Positions 39,502 to 49,800 of a stretch of DNA of 64,000 nt are shown here, one piece after another. Both the position numbers and the translations under genes were made by a program. The notes beneath the pieces were generated by a model. That model did not search any database. It had not been told where the DNA came from and worked only from the letters and a program-made list of their open reading frames with translations. The DNA lies in assembly GCA_022511245.1 (NCBI GenBank), contig JAFLRV010000001.1, forward strand, positions 5,788 to 69,787, read 5' to 3'. Numbering within the stretch: position 1 is the stretch's first letter; every line of letters starts with the position of its first letter. The stretch comes from Coprobacter sp. GTDB lineage: Bacteria > Bacteroidota > Bacteroidia > Bacteroidales > Coprobacteraceae.

Positions 39502-40965
39502 TTATTTCCTCGTGTCGGCGACCTTTCGGAGAATCAGTTCCAGATGATTCCAGAATTTTTCCACCGCCGGGATATGCATCTTTTCATCGGGAGAGTGGAC
39601 ACCCCGCAGCGTAGGACCGAAAGAAATCATGTCCAGATGCGGATATTTCTCCAGAAACAGACCGCATTCCAGCCCCGCATGTATCGCCTTGACCGCAGGA
39701 GTGATACCGTACAGCTCCTCGTAAGCCTTCTGGGCGATTTTCAACAGAGACGAATCGAGATTGGGTTTCCAGCCCGGATACCCGTCTCCGTGCGACACTT
39801 CGGCTCCGGCCAGCACAAACACGCTCTCCACCCGGCTGGCAATCTCTCTCTTGAGCGATTCCGTCGAGCTCCGCTGGCTGGTCGTAACCAGAATCCGGTT
39901 GTCCGGCATCATTTTGACCGACGCCAGATTGGTCGACGTCTCCACCAGACCGGGAATGGCCCGGCTCATGGCAATCACACCGTGCGGACAGGCATTGAGC
40001 GATTGTATCAGGGCAAAAGTCGTTTCCCGGTCGATGCAGCAGGCCGGTTTCTCCTCCGAAGTCATGACCAGCTGCATATCCGGTTCCACATCGCCAAGCT
40101 CATTCTCAATGACAGCGATAAAGCGGTTGAATTCGGCCCGTACCTCCTCTTTATCCGCAGCCGGAACACCAATGACGGCCGATGCTTCGCGAGGAATGGC
40201 ATTCCGCAGATTGCCCCCGTCGATATGGCAAAGCCGCAACGTCCATTTTTCGGCGGCGGCACAGAGGAAACGGGTCAGAATCTTGTTGGCATTTCCCAGT
40301 CCTTTATGGATGTCTCCGCCGGAGTGCCCCCCTTTGAGGTTGCCGACCGAGATACGCATAAAGAAATAATTTTCGGGAATGTCGTCCGGCCGGTAAGAGA
40401 ATACCGCCGTCGTATCGATACCGCCCGCACAGCCGATAAAAATTTCGGCCTCGTCTTCCGAATCCAGATTCAGCAGACAGTCTCCGGTCAGGAATCCCGG
40501 CTGTATCCCGTAAGCACCGGTCAGCCCGGTCTCCTCATCGACGGTAAACAGCCCCTCGATTTTCCCGTGCCGCAAATTCTCCGAAGCCAGTACGGCCAGC
40601 GTTGCGGCCATCCCGATGCCGTTGTCGGCACCCAGTGTCGTTCCGTTGGCCCGGACCCACTCCCCGTCGATATACGCCTCGATGGGGTCGTTTTCGAAAT
40701 CGTGCTGTGTGGCGTTGTTCTTTTCGCACACCATGTCCATGTGCGACTGCAGGATAACGGCCGGAGCCGCCTCGCATCCCTCCGTCGCAGGTTTCGTAAT
40801 CAACACATTGCCGGTCGCATCCTCTTTCACCTCCAGACGGTGCTCCGCTGCAAAATTTTTCAGATAGGCCCGTATTTTCTCCTCTTTTTTCGAGGGACGG
40901 GGTACCTGCGTTATTTCATCGAAATAGCGCCAGATAAGTTCCGGTTTCAGTTCTTTCAGTTCCAT
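39502..40965 (-). CDS. pepD: aminoacyl-histidine dipeptidase (Xaa-His dipeptidase, M20C)
   Basis: 487 aa with IWRYFDEITQVPRPSKKEEKIRAYL, LQSHMDMVCEK, GTTLGADNGIG and FTVDEETGLTGA. Confidence 0.9.
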   Translation of the reverse strand: MELKELKPELIWRYFDEITQVPRPSKKEEKIRAYLKNFAAEHRLEVKEDATGNVLITKPATEGCEAAPAVILQSHMDMVCEKNNATQHDFENDPIEAYIDGEWVRANGTTLGADNGIGMAATLAVLASENLRHGKIEGLFTVDEETGLTGAYGIQPGFLTGDCLLNLDSEDEAEIFIGCAGGIDTTAVFSYRPDDIPENYFFMRISVGNLKGGHSGGDIHKGLGNANKILTRFLCAAAEKWTLRLCHIDGGNLRNAIPREASAVIGVPAADKEEVRAEFNRFIAVIENELGDVEPDMQLVMTSEEKPACCIDRETTFALIQSLNACPHGVIAMSRAIPGLVETSTNLASVKMMPDNRILVTTSQRSSTESLKREIASRVESVFVLAGAEVSHGDGYPGWKPNLDSSLLKIAQKAYEELYGITPAVKAIHAGLECGLFLEKYPHLDMISFGPTLRGVHSPDEKMHIPAVEKFWNHLELILRKVADTRK

Positions 40966-41098
40966 TATTCCAGTTTATTTATCAGATTAACCATACTGCC
41001 CATAAACTCCGTATATAAATTTGTGTTAAATTTAAAGCTCATTTGCGATATAACTATCAAAAATAAAATCGCAAAACCGTTAAATCAGAGTTTATTTT

Positions 41099-41106
41099 TA
41101 TATTTG
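41099..41106 (+). promoter_or_regulatory. TAnnTTTG -7 box upstream of the small membrane protein/ompH pair
   Basis: TATATTTG, 20 nt upstream of the ATG at 41126. Confidence 0.45.
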
Positions 41107-41125
41107 CACTACAAATATAGTCAAA

Positions 41126-41332
41126 ATGTGGCATACGATACTTTTAACGGCAGGGTTTGTTGCCCTCGCTTTTATTCTTTTGGGAGTAAAAGTGATATTC
41201 GTTAAAAACGGACGCTTCCCTGACGGACACATCGCCTCGAACGAAGCGATGAAAAAACGGGGGATTTCCTGTGCCAAAAGTATGGAAAATGAGTTTCCGG
41301 CCGGCATCAGAAAAAGTCGTAAGTCCATGTAA
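41126..41332 (+). CDS. small single-TM membrane protein, unknown function
   Basis: 68 aa, MWHTILLTAGFVALAFILLGVKVIFVKNGRFPDGHIASNEAMKKRGISC. It has its own promoter box and lies upstream of ompH. Confidence 0.45.
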   Translation: MWHTILLTAGFVALAFILLGVKVIFVKNGRFPDGHIASNEAMKKRGISCAKSMENEFPAGIRKSRKSM

Positions 41333-41374
41333 GACGGAAATAATTTAATAAATATCAGATAAAACAAGAAAATT

Positions 41375-41968
41375 ATGAAAACTGCTACCAGATTCATGCC
41401 CGCTGTTTTGGCTCTTGCGGTTGCCCTGCTGTGCATTCAGTGCCAAAATAACAACAACGAACCGGCCAAGAACGCCGAAAACACTCCGGCCGAAAGCAAA
41501 ACAGTATCGGAACGGCTGCCGATTGCCTATATCCGCGTCGATTCCCTGCTGATAAAATACGAATTTGCCAAAGATGTTAACGAAAAACTCCTCCGCCGGG
41601 AAGAAAATGCACGGGCCACACTCAATGAGAAAGCGCGCGAACTGGAAAAAGACGGGGCCGACTTTCAGCGCAAATACCAGAACAATGCCTTCCTTTCGCA
41701 AGACCGGTTCGAACAGGAACAGCAGCGGCTGCTGAAAAAACAACAGGACCTGCAACTTCTCCAGCAACGGCTCGAAAACGAAATGGTACAGGAAGCCGAC
41801 AAAATGAATGCACAGGTCAATGACTCGGTGATGAACTTCATCAAAGAATACAACCAGGACAAAAAATACGAAGTTATTCTGAACAACATCGGCGTGCTGT
41901 ATATCGATTCAGCATACGACATTACCAACGAAATCGTCGACCTGCTCAACAAACGCTACAAAAAATAA
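41375..41968 (+). CDS. OmpH/Skp family periplasmic chaperone
   Basis: 197 aa with a lipobox/signal (LALAVALLCIQCQ) and a long coiled-coil central region rich in Q/E/K/L, typical of OmpH. Confidence 0.8.
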   Translation: MKTATRFMPAVLALAVALLCIQCQNNNNEPAKNAENTPAESKTVSERLPIAYIRVDSLLIKYEFAKDVNEKLLRREENARATLNEKARELEKDGADFQRKYQNNAFLSQDRFEQEQQRLLKKQQDLQLLQQRLENEMVQEADKMNAQVNDSVMNFIKEYNQDKKYEVILNNIGVLYIDSAYDITNEIVDLLNKRYKK

Positions 41969-41994
41969 ACGCTGTTTTTTCATATGACAAAAAA

Positions 41995-42021
41995 AGAGAG
42001 CCTTTCAAGCTCTCTTTTTTT
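41995..42021. terminator. bidirectional rho-independent terminator (ompH / barrel gene)
   Basis: agagagc-ctttcaa-gctctct flanked by an A-run and a T-run. Confidence 0.7.
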
Positions 42022-42076
42022 ATGCTGTTCCGCCGGATAAACCGGCCGGGAATCTGCAAAGCCGACCGGCGGGCCG

Positions 42077-43510
42077 TCAATAGGCCGGAACCGGATTGTA
42101 AACCGTACGGTTTTTCAGTCGGGGGTCACTGCCAAACAGGAAATTGATACCGAGACTCACACTCAGGTTCGGACGTTTGACCGGAATAAACTGCGGAGAA
42201 AGTTTCGTTATCGTATAGTCTGTTCCTACAAAGAAGTTAAATCCTTTCGGGCAAAGATTGAGCAATGCGCCCCACGAACAGCCGGTATTCGACACCGAAC
42301 CGTTGAGTGTCGCCATAAAACACTTGGCCGGACGGAAATTGGCCGTCGCCATCAGCTCCGTGCGGGTTTTGATAGACGAGAAACGGGTCGACCACAACAA
42401 GCCGAACGAAATCTTATTGTTCAGCACACCATATTCGGCACCGATATTGAGCGTAGTGCGCAGCATCGTACTGCGGGAAGACGCATCGACCTGCCGGAAC
42501 TTCATCAAAGCGCTCAAATCATCCTTTATCTGATCCAGTTCATCATCGAAGGCATTGTTGCCCTCGTCGTCATCTTTCGCACCGAGATGTTGGAACCCTT
42601 CGAAATCGAAAGCACCGTCGGGGGTTTCGCCTCTGACGTTCTGACTCCAGTGGATAAAGCCCAGATCGGTCACCGCCATCGACAAGGTCAAGTTATCCAG
42701 CAACCGGTAGGTGGCCCCCAAATCGACTCCCATACCGAAACCGCCCAGTCCCGGCGAATCGAGATCGAAGCCCGAAATCTCGCCTTTGGCATTCTGTTTC
42801 AACGAAAGTCCGGCCACCGACACATTGGCATATCCATGACTTCTGATGCGCCAGGCTTCATCGCTCAGCGACAGATTCATCTTGTCTATCCGGGCATCGA
42901 TATTGGCCCCTCCGATAAGGAATTTCAACCGGGCGCCCACATCGAGACGGTCGTTCCAGTGCCGGGCATGTCCCAGAGCCAGTTCAGCATAATTATTGCT
43001 TTGCAGGGCGATGTTGCCGAAATTGTATTCAGCCGCACCGGTCTTGCCCTGTCCGGTCTTCAGGAACGTAAAAATATCTTTGGGCAAATACATGCTCGTA
43101 CTCGATTTAAACGAAAGGTCGAACGTATTGTAACCGTTAAACGCAAAGAATCCGAACGAGAGCAGGGTCAAATCGAAATCCATGCCCAGAGTGTTCTTCT
43201 TTTTCAATCCGCCCAAAAACTTGTCGGACGAGATGCTCGGATGGAGTCCGGTAACCAGGCCGTCGCCCTGCGGAAAGAGAAATCTCGACAGAGACAGATT
43301 CGAATTCACCCCGAAAGAGATATCCCCCAACACCGGGAAACTCAGATATCCGTAATCATTAATCAATGCCGGATTGAGACGGTAACGATAAGGCATTCTT
43401 TCGAGGAAATACGAGGAGTGAAGCGTTTCGGCCGAAACACCGACAGCGACCGCACACCCGATAATCAACGCTATAATTCTGCTTTTCATTCTATATCGAC
43501 TTATTTTCAT
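42077..43510 (-). CDS. predicted outer-membrane beta-barrel of unknown function (I recall similar proteins as DUF5723)
   Basis: 477 aa with a signal peptide (IALIIGCAVAVGVSAE), an N-terminal SSYFLERMPYRYRLNPAL motif, many alternating hydrophobic strands (LTLLSFGFFAF, LDVGARLKFLIG, MGVDLGATYRL, LSVSLGINFLF) and a C-terminal aromatic residue (PAY). Confidence 0.6.
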   Translation of the reverse strand: MKISRYRMKSRIIALIIGCAVAVGVSAETLHSSYFLERMPYRYRLNPALINDYGYLSFPVLGDISFGVNSNLSLSRFLFPQGDGLVTGLHPSISSDKFLGGLKKKNTLGMDFDLTLLSFGFFAFNGYNTFDLSFKSSTSMYLPKDIFTFLKTGQGKTGAAEYNFGNIALQSNNYAELALGHARHWNDRLDVGARLKFLIGGANIDARIDKMNLSLSDEAWRIRSHGYANVSVAGLSLKQNAKGEISGFDLDSPGLGGFGMGVDLGATYRLLDNLTLSMAVTDLGFIHWSQNVRGETPDGAFDFEGFQHLGAKDDDEGNNAFDDELDQIKDDLSALMKFRQVDASSRSTMLRTTLNIGAEYGVLNNKISFGLLWSTRFSSIKTRTELMATANFRPAKCFMATLNGSVSNTGCSWGALLNLCPKGFNFFVGTDYTITKLSPQFIPVKRPNLSVSLGINFLFGSDPRLKNRTVYNPVPAY

Positions 43511-43516
43511 TCCACA

Positions 43517-46500
43517 TTAAAAATTATCTATATCGGCTTCCAGGCCTTTTATCTTCGCACCCACTTTCACCTTAATCGACTGGCTGGGTTTCAAGGGGAT
43601 ACCGCCTTCGGTACCTTCGTTGTCACCGAGTCCGCCCTCCAGCCGCAAATCCAGGCCGTCGAGCTGGCGCAAAGCCGTCGACTTCGGCGTCTCATCCACG
43701 ATGCGTATCTGAATCACCGATACGGCCGGAGCGGTCTGCTGTGTCTCGAAATTATAGGAACCGGCGGCGATATTGCCTTTGCTGTCGTCGTTGAAGAGCA
43801 CCTTAAGCCCTTCGAGCGGTTTTTTCGAATCGGGACCCAGCGGGGTCAGCTCCAATTTGAGGTTCAAGGGAATACCGTTGGTCACTTTCACATTCAGAAT
43901 AATTTCCTTTGCCGACACTTTGTCGAAAATACCGTCCAGGTCTTTCTGTATATCGGCGATGGTGTCCCGGTAAACAATCTGGATGCCTTCACCCAGAGCG
44001 AACGGAACGCCGACTTCGTAAGCAAACGTTATATCGTTGTCGTCCCGACCCAGATTGACCGTATGCCACTCACCCGGTTTCGGAGCCTGAATCTGGGGTT
44101 TGGCTTCGATAACGATACTGTCGGGAATATCCTCCAGCACTTTCGACAATCCGTCAAAAACCACCTTCTCATATCCCTCCGGAGCCGGAGCGTCCGCCGG
44201 ATACTCTTTGCCCACAATCATCAGATTCGTAATACCGGTATTTTCGATATCCTCCACGTTGTCATAGGCTCCGACAGCAATCTGCACCGACTGCGGTTCA
44301 ACGGCACGGCCGCCCTTGTACGGCGTGAATACCAAATCACAGTCTACGCCCACGCCCAGCGGATTGGACGCCTGCATCTTGAAATTCACACGGGGCAGAT
44401 ACAATTTGGAACCTTCGCCCAGATATTCTCCCAAGTCACCCAAATCGATGGTGGTATGCAAATCGAGATTTTTCACGGCATTGTCGCTTATCTCGCCGGC
44501 CACGACACCGATTTCCGTTTTATCTTCTACGGCGACACTCGCCTGTCCATGAATAACCCGGCCGTTCAGATCGCTGAGTTCAAGCGTACTTTTGTCCAGT
44601 ACCACCACACCGTTTACTTTGGCCGATTCAGAAAATGACATTTTCCCGTTCTCTATCTTCAGGTTCTCGACTTTGGTCAGATCCAGGCCCGAAATAGAGA
44701 GGCGTTCGTCGTTCGACCAGTAACGGGAGGCACCCTGCACCGCAAACAGGCCCTCTTTTCCCGACAGTTCCAACCGGCAGTACTGTTTGCCGTCTTCATC
44801 CTGATACAGAGGCAGCGGCGTACCATTCTCCGACAGCTCCAGGAAATCGGGGAAATCCAGATACACCGTCTGGAAATACAAATCGCTGGCAGTCGTCGGG
44901 ATTCCGTCGATTGTAATCTCCATTTTTACTTTTCTCGGCTCCTTAAAGTGTATCCAGCCCAAGTTCTTTATCTCGTCGGGAATGTCGACATCCACGACAT
45001 CGAATTCGGCGGTCTCATCCATTCTGGTCGTGTAGACATCCGTTTTACATTCACCGTCCTCTATCGCAAAGACAGTAGGCGGTATGGTCAGCTGCATCTC
45101 GCTGTTCTGGAACGTTTTCAGCCGGGAATACATCGTTTCGCCGCTGACCGAAAGAGCAGCCGGGCTCACGATAACTTCCGGCTCAAACTCGAACCATTTG
45201 GTATCCGCATCAACCTCTTTATGCAATTCCACCGCCGACAAATCCATCGCCAGAACCGTCAGCGGTTTGCTGAATCCGCTCTTCAGTTCTGCCGGAGTAA
45301 TAATCAGACGGCCATTCTCCCACCAGTTGGAGTTGGACTCGTCAAATACGAATTTAGAAGAGAAATCGATGTAGATATTGCCTCCGGTCAGCGTCAAACC
45401 GCCCAAATCGAGAGGAGACGACTCCACCGTCAGCACCGTATTTTCAACAAAATCGATTTCATCGATGCGGTCCACCAGATTATGAATACCCGTCACCTTG
45501 ATGGGGTCGTTGGTCACGTTAAGACCCTCGAAATCGAAATTCAGGTTGTCTATGGTCAGATTCATATCCCCGACAACCAACGAACTGGAGAGCGTCAAAG
45601 GCATCGAAAGCTGATGATACCCCGCCGAAATACCGGAGGTGACACCCGATACCACTATCGACAGGCTGTTGTCATTTCCGGAGCCGAACGTGATACTCTC
45701 CTCGACACCGCCCATCTGGCTGCCCTGTCTCTCAAATTTCCGGTTATATTCCGATATGGTAAAGTTTATCGTATTCTTCCCGAACACCAGTGTTTCGCCT
45801 TTCTTCAATATCAGCTTATTGCCCTCAGCCTCTCCTATGGACGGATTAGACAGCACAAACCCCGACGGGAAATTAATCTGAAAATCGGCGGCGGTCACTG
45901 AGCCGTCGGAAAGGGACAGTTCCTGTTGCAGGGCCGACAAATCCCACACGATTGCCGCATTGTTCGTTCCGTTGAACTTCAGCGAAGAAATCGAAGAGAT
46001 GCCGTCCGGACAGTCAAACGGCGCAATCGTGAAACTGGCCGGCTGGGGCGACAGGGTCACCGGCAAGGAGACAGGAATACCCGAAGGGGTTGCCGGGATG
46101 TCCTGACTGACCGACAAATCCGAATTGGAATCTTTGAACGAGAAGGCGATTTCCGGAATATTCACGGAATTTTTGCTCAAAGCGATATTCCACGAGTCAC
46201 CGGCAATCTGGATCGGGTCCAGCGTAATGTTTTTAAACGTAATATCGAATTCTTCGGTATACGCCAGAATCTCATTAATCGACGATATATCGGAAAATTT
46301 GTCGATACTGGCCGTTATCACATCCTGTTTGTGAATACCGTATGCCCCGTCGGTCGTATCCAGATCGGCGATATCGCCCGGACTCAACAGGTCCCGCAAA
46401 GCCTTTTCTTCGGTTTCACCCAGCGGGAAACCCAGTTCCCCGTCCATCCCCACATTGGTAGAGATGTCTTTGTTCAGGTCATACCGGTTATCGATACACG

Positions 46501-46576
46501 AATACCCCGAAAACAATAAAAACGAAAAAAGTAAAATACGGACGGAAGCGTCAAACGAAAAATAACTTTTATCCAC
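43517..46576 (-). CDS. giant predicted lipoprotein, no family recognised
   Basis: 1019 aa with a GTG start. The signal ends in the lipobox-like LLFSGYSC followed by IDNRYD. It is D/S/T/N/G-rich with beta-rich repetitive modules. Its stop is 6 nt from the barrel gene start. Confidence 0.6.
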   Translation of the reverse strand: MDKSYFSFDASVRILLFSFLLFSGYSCIDNRYDLNKDISTNVGMDGELGFPLGETEEKALRDLLSPGDIADLDTTDGAYGIHKQDVITASIDKFSDISSINEILAYTEEFDITFKNITLDPIQIAGDSWNIALSKNSVNIPEIAFSFKDSNSDLSVSQDIPATPSGIPVSLPVTLSPQPASFTIAPFDCPDGISSISSLKFNGTNNAAIVWDLSALQQELSLSDGSVTAADFQINFPSGFVLSNPSIGEAEGNKLILKKGETLVFGKNTINFTISEYNRKFERQGSQMGGVEESITFGSGNDNSLSIVVSGVTSGISAGYHQLSMPLTLSSSLVVGDMNLTIDNLNFDFEGLNVTNDPIKVTGIHNLVDRIDEIDFVENTVLTVESSPLDLGGLTLTGGNIYIDFSSKFVFDESNSNWWENGRLIITPAELKSGFSKPLTVLAMDLSAVELHKEVDADTKWFEFEPEVIVSPAALSVSGETMYSRLKTFQNSEMQLTIPPTVFAIEDGECKTDVYTTRMDETAEFDVVDVDIPDEIKNLGWIHFKEPRKVKMEITIDGIPTTASDLYFQTVYLDFPDFLELSENGTPLPLYQDEDGKQYCRLELSGKEGLFAVQGASRYWSNDERLSISGLDLTKVENLKIENGKMSFSESAKVNGVVVLDKSTLELSDLNGRVIHGQASVAVEDKTEIGVVAGEISDNAVKNLDLHTTIDLGDLGEYLGEGSKLYLPRVNFKMQASNPLGVGVDCDLVFTPYKGGRAVEPQSVQIAVGAYDNVEDIENTGITNLMIVGKEYPADAPAPEGYEKVVFDGLSKVLEDIPDSIVIEAKPQIQAPKPGEWHTVNLGRDDNDITFAYEVGVPFALGEGIQIVYRDTIADIQKDLDGIFDKVSAKEIILNVKVTNGIPLNLKLELTPLGPDSKKPLEGLKVLFNDDSKGNIAAGSYNFETQQTAPAVSVIQIRIVDETPKSTALRQLDGLDLRLEGGLGDNEGTEGGIPLKPSQSIKVKVGAKIKGLEADIDNF

Positions 46577-46779
46577 TTTCTTAAATAATTAGGTTTAGTC
46601 TCAATAGAACGATTATAACACGGGTATAATACGTATGCGCTTCAAAGATAATATTTTTTTATCAAATACCAACCCACAAACCGAAGAAAATGAGTATATT
46701 TTTTATTATATATTCGAAAACAGACCGGAACCCGTCGGCACTTTACCGGGCGTCCGATTGCGGATTGCCGTTTTTTCAT

Positions 46780-46787
46780 TACATTTG
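46780..46787 (+). promoter_or_regulatory. TAnnTTTG -7 box upstream of the A2M gene
   Basis: TACATTTG, 44 nt upstream of the ATG at 46831. Confidence 0.45.
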
Positions 46788-46830
46788 TTTCCGTTTATAT
46801 TTACCCCGCAACCGTTCAAATTTATCCATA

Positions 46831-49800
46831 ATGAAAACAATCCGTTTTTCCCATATAGCACTCTTCTTTTTTCTCGCTGTCGTTCCGTTTCACCGGCTTT
46901 CGGCCCAGTCCCGGACAGCCCGTCCGCTCTTCAACGCCGAAGATTCGGTTCGGAGGGTTCAACCCGCAACCATGATGCAGAGAGACAGCGAATTACTGCA
47001 AAAAGCGCTGGAAATCAACGACACGCCACAGGTAATCCGCCATCTGATTGGCCGCATGGACAGCCAGCTGTACATCTCACAGGACAGTTTTCCCGCCCAG
47101 CTGGCCCGGATAGAAAAATTCACCCGGACCGTATCGCAGTCCGCCGAAAAAGCCCTGCTCAACTCCCTGCTGGCCGAGCTCTATCTCAACGCCTACATCG
47201 ACGACGCCTATATTTACGAGAAACGAAGCCGGCAGCCGGACGCACCGGCCGACATACGGGAATGGGACGCCGGACTTTTCACCCGCAAAATCGACTCGCT
47301 GCTGGTGCAGTCGCTTCTCCCGGCCGGGACGCTGCAGCAAACACTGGTCGAGACATTCCGGGCCGTCATCACTTTCGGAGACGACTCCCGGCAGCTGCGC
47401 CCCACACTGTTCGATTTTCTGGCCGGACGGGCTATCGACATCTATCGGGCACTGCCGTTTTCCGGTTTTTCGCCGGCCAGTCCATCCCGTCTCCGTTCGG
47501 CACTGGCTCCCGCACAGGAGTTTATGCAGGAAGCCGCCTCCGGCTGTGAAACCCCCGACTGCCGCATTCTCGACATCTACCGGCAGCTGCTGCGCTTTCA
47601 CGGCAACGACCCGCTCTCTCCGGCGTTCCTGGTAACCGACCTCGACCGCCTCGCCTTTGCCGCCGCACGGGTTCCGGACGGTTCGGCCCGGTACACCGAA
47701 GCTCTCCTTCAACAACTGGAGCGATATGCCACATCGCCCGAATCTGTCGAAATAGCGGCCCGGCTGCTCGTCGGCTACATGTACAACGAATCCGATTCGC
47801 TCCTCCGGGAACGGATAACCGGCCTGCTGGCCGACAGCAAGAAACGGCTGGAAATGTGGCCGCAAGCCGTCCGAAGCGCCGATTTGCGCAAAGCCGTCGA
47901 AGCCATCGAACAACCGTTCCTGTCCGTTCAGGCGCCGGCCGTCATCTACCCCGACGGGAAAGACTCGCTCCGGGTCACGTGGCGCAATCTCGACGACATC
48001 CGGCTACAGATATACCGCATCCCGGCGGGCAAAGCCGAACCGGCCCGTTATGAACCCGTCGCCACTTATCCTGCCGGACAGCCGGTTTACGAAGCCGGAA
48101 GACACCTGTCCGACACCTGTACCCCCATAGAACGGCAGACCCGGATTCCGCTTCCCGCCTTAGCGCCGGGACGCTACATGGTCAAAGCCCGTTCGCTCTC
48201 GTCTCCGGCCGACTCGGCCTGTACCGCCGTGCATGTCACCCGGCTGATGTCGGCGTTCTCCCGTGTCGGTGAAAAACAGACGATTTTCGTGGCCGATGCC
48301 CGGAGCGGCAAACCCCTCTCCAAAGCATCCGTACAGTTGTACAGCTACCAGCGGAACGACTCGCTCGAATATCTCGGCGATTACCGGACCGACAAAAACG
48401 GGACGGTCGACATCGACACGCCGGAAACACTCCGCTACCGGATTGTCCTGCGCAACGACACCTGTCCGCTCTCGTTCCGCTCCTATCCCGAAGAAGAATA
48501 CACCCCCGAAGAGGTCCATCTGGCCCTCTTTACCGACCGCAGTCTCTATCGGCCCGGACAAACCGTGCAGTTCACCGGCATCTGTTACCGGCTCGGAAAA
48601 GAGTCCCGCCAGGTGCTGCCCGGCGAAACCGTCAGCCTGTCGCTCTCCCGCTGGGGCGAACCGCTTTCAGCCAGAGAAGTAACCACCGACGGGTTCGGCG
48701 CTTTTTCGGGAGAATTTACCCTCCCCGACAACATCACATCGGGCTGGATGTCTATCGATGCCCGCACCGCCCGCACCTCATCGGCCATCTCTTTCGAAAT
48801 AGCCGAATACAAGCGGCCCACGTTCCGCATCGACTTCAGGGAAACACCCGAAACGGCCGGATTCGGACAGACCGCATCCGTCAAAGGGCAGGTTTCCCGT
48901 TATTCGGGAACTCCGCTCTCCGGAGCCCGCACCGAATACCGCATCCTCCGTCTGCCCGACTGGTTCCGGCGGGGAGCAGCCTCCCGGCAGCAAGTGGCCG
49001 AAGGCACGCTGCTGACCGACGAAAAAGGAGGTTTTACCATACAGTTTACACCGCAGAAACCCGAAGAAGACGCATTCAGTACGGGCTTCGGCTACAACTA
49101 CCGGATAGAGGTCACCGTCACCGCCCCCAACGGCGAGACGCAGGAAACCGCATACACCCTGCCGGTGAGCGACAGCCCGGTCAGCGTATCGGTGAGCCTG
49201 CCCGACCTCATCGACCGTACACGGCCCGTACCGCTCGGCATACAAGTCACCGACAGCCGGCCGTCAGGCACTCCTGTCGAGTGCCGGTATATCCTGTATT
49301 CGCTCTATCCGTCCGAAACCCCGCAGGAAATTTACCAGCTCCATCAGAACAAGATACACTCCCAGATAACACAACAGGAATTTACCGCCGCAACCATTCC
49401 CGACTCGGCCCGCTGGGAACAGCTGCCGTCCGGTGCCTACCGGCTGCTGGTTCAGGCAGTCGACCCGCAGGGAAAAATCATCAGCAGCCAGGCCGATTTC
49501 GTCCTCTATTCGCCCCGCGACAAAAAACTGCCGGTTCATGTCACCGAATGGATTCCCTGTGAAAAATACACGGTCCGGCCGGGAGAAACGGCACACATCG
49601 TTTACGGAACATCGTTCGAGGACACCTACCTCCTCGTCCGGCTGTACGAGGGGACCCGACTCCTGGAAACCCGCCGGATGAAAATAAGCAACCGGGTAAA
49701 AACCATCGACATACCTTACAAAGAGAGCTACCGTGACGACCTGACCCTCTCCCTGCTGTTCATCAAAGAGGGTCAGGTCTATTCCCGGCAGATAGCCATC

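Noticed and set aside
42587-44638. 683-aa plus-strand ORF crossing the boundary between the barrel gene and the giant lipoprotein gene
   Set aside because: This is an antisense shadow ORF. It runs through the 6-nt intergenic gap only by chance. It has no signal, motif or sensible start context, whereas the minus-strand products have signal peptides and coherent architecture.
46635-47549. 304-aa ORF and the track's 46690 start for the A2M gene
   Set aside because: 46635..47549 is out of frame with the A2M gene and Arg/Pro/Gly-rich. The 46690 start adds 47 residues before a perfect signal peptide and would begin upstream of the TACATTTG box. The ATG at 46831 is preferred.
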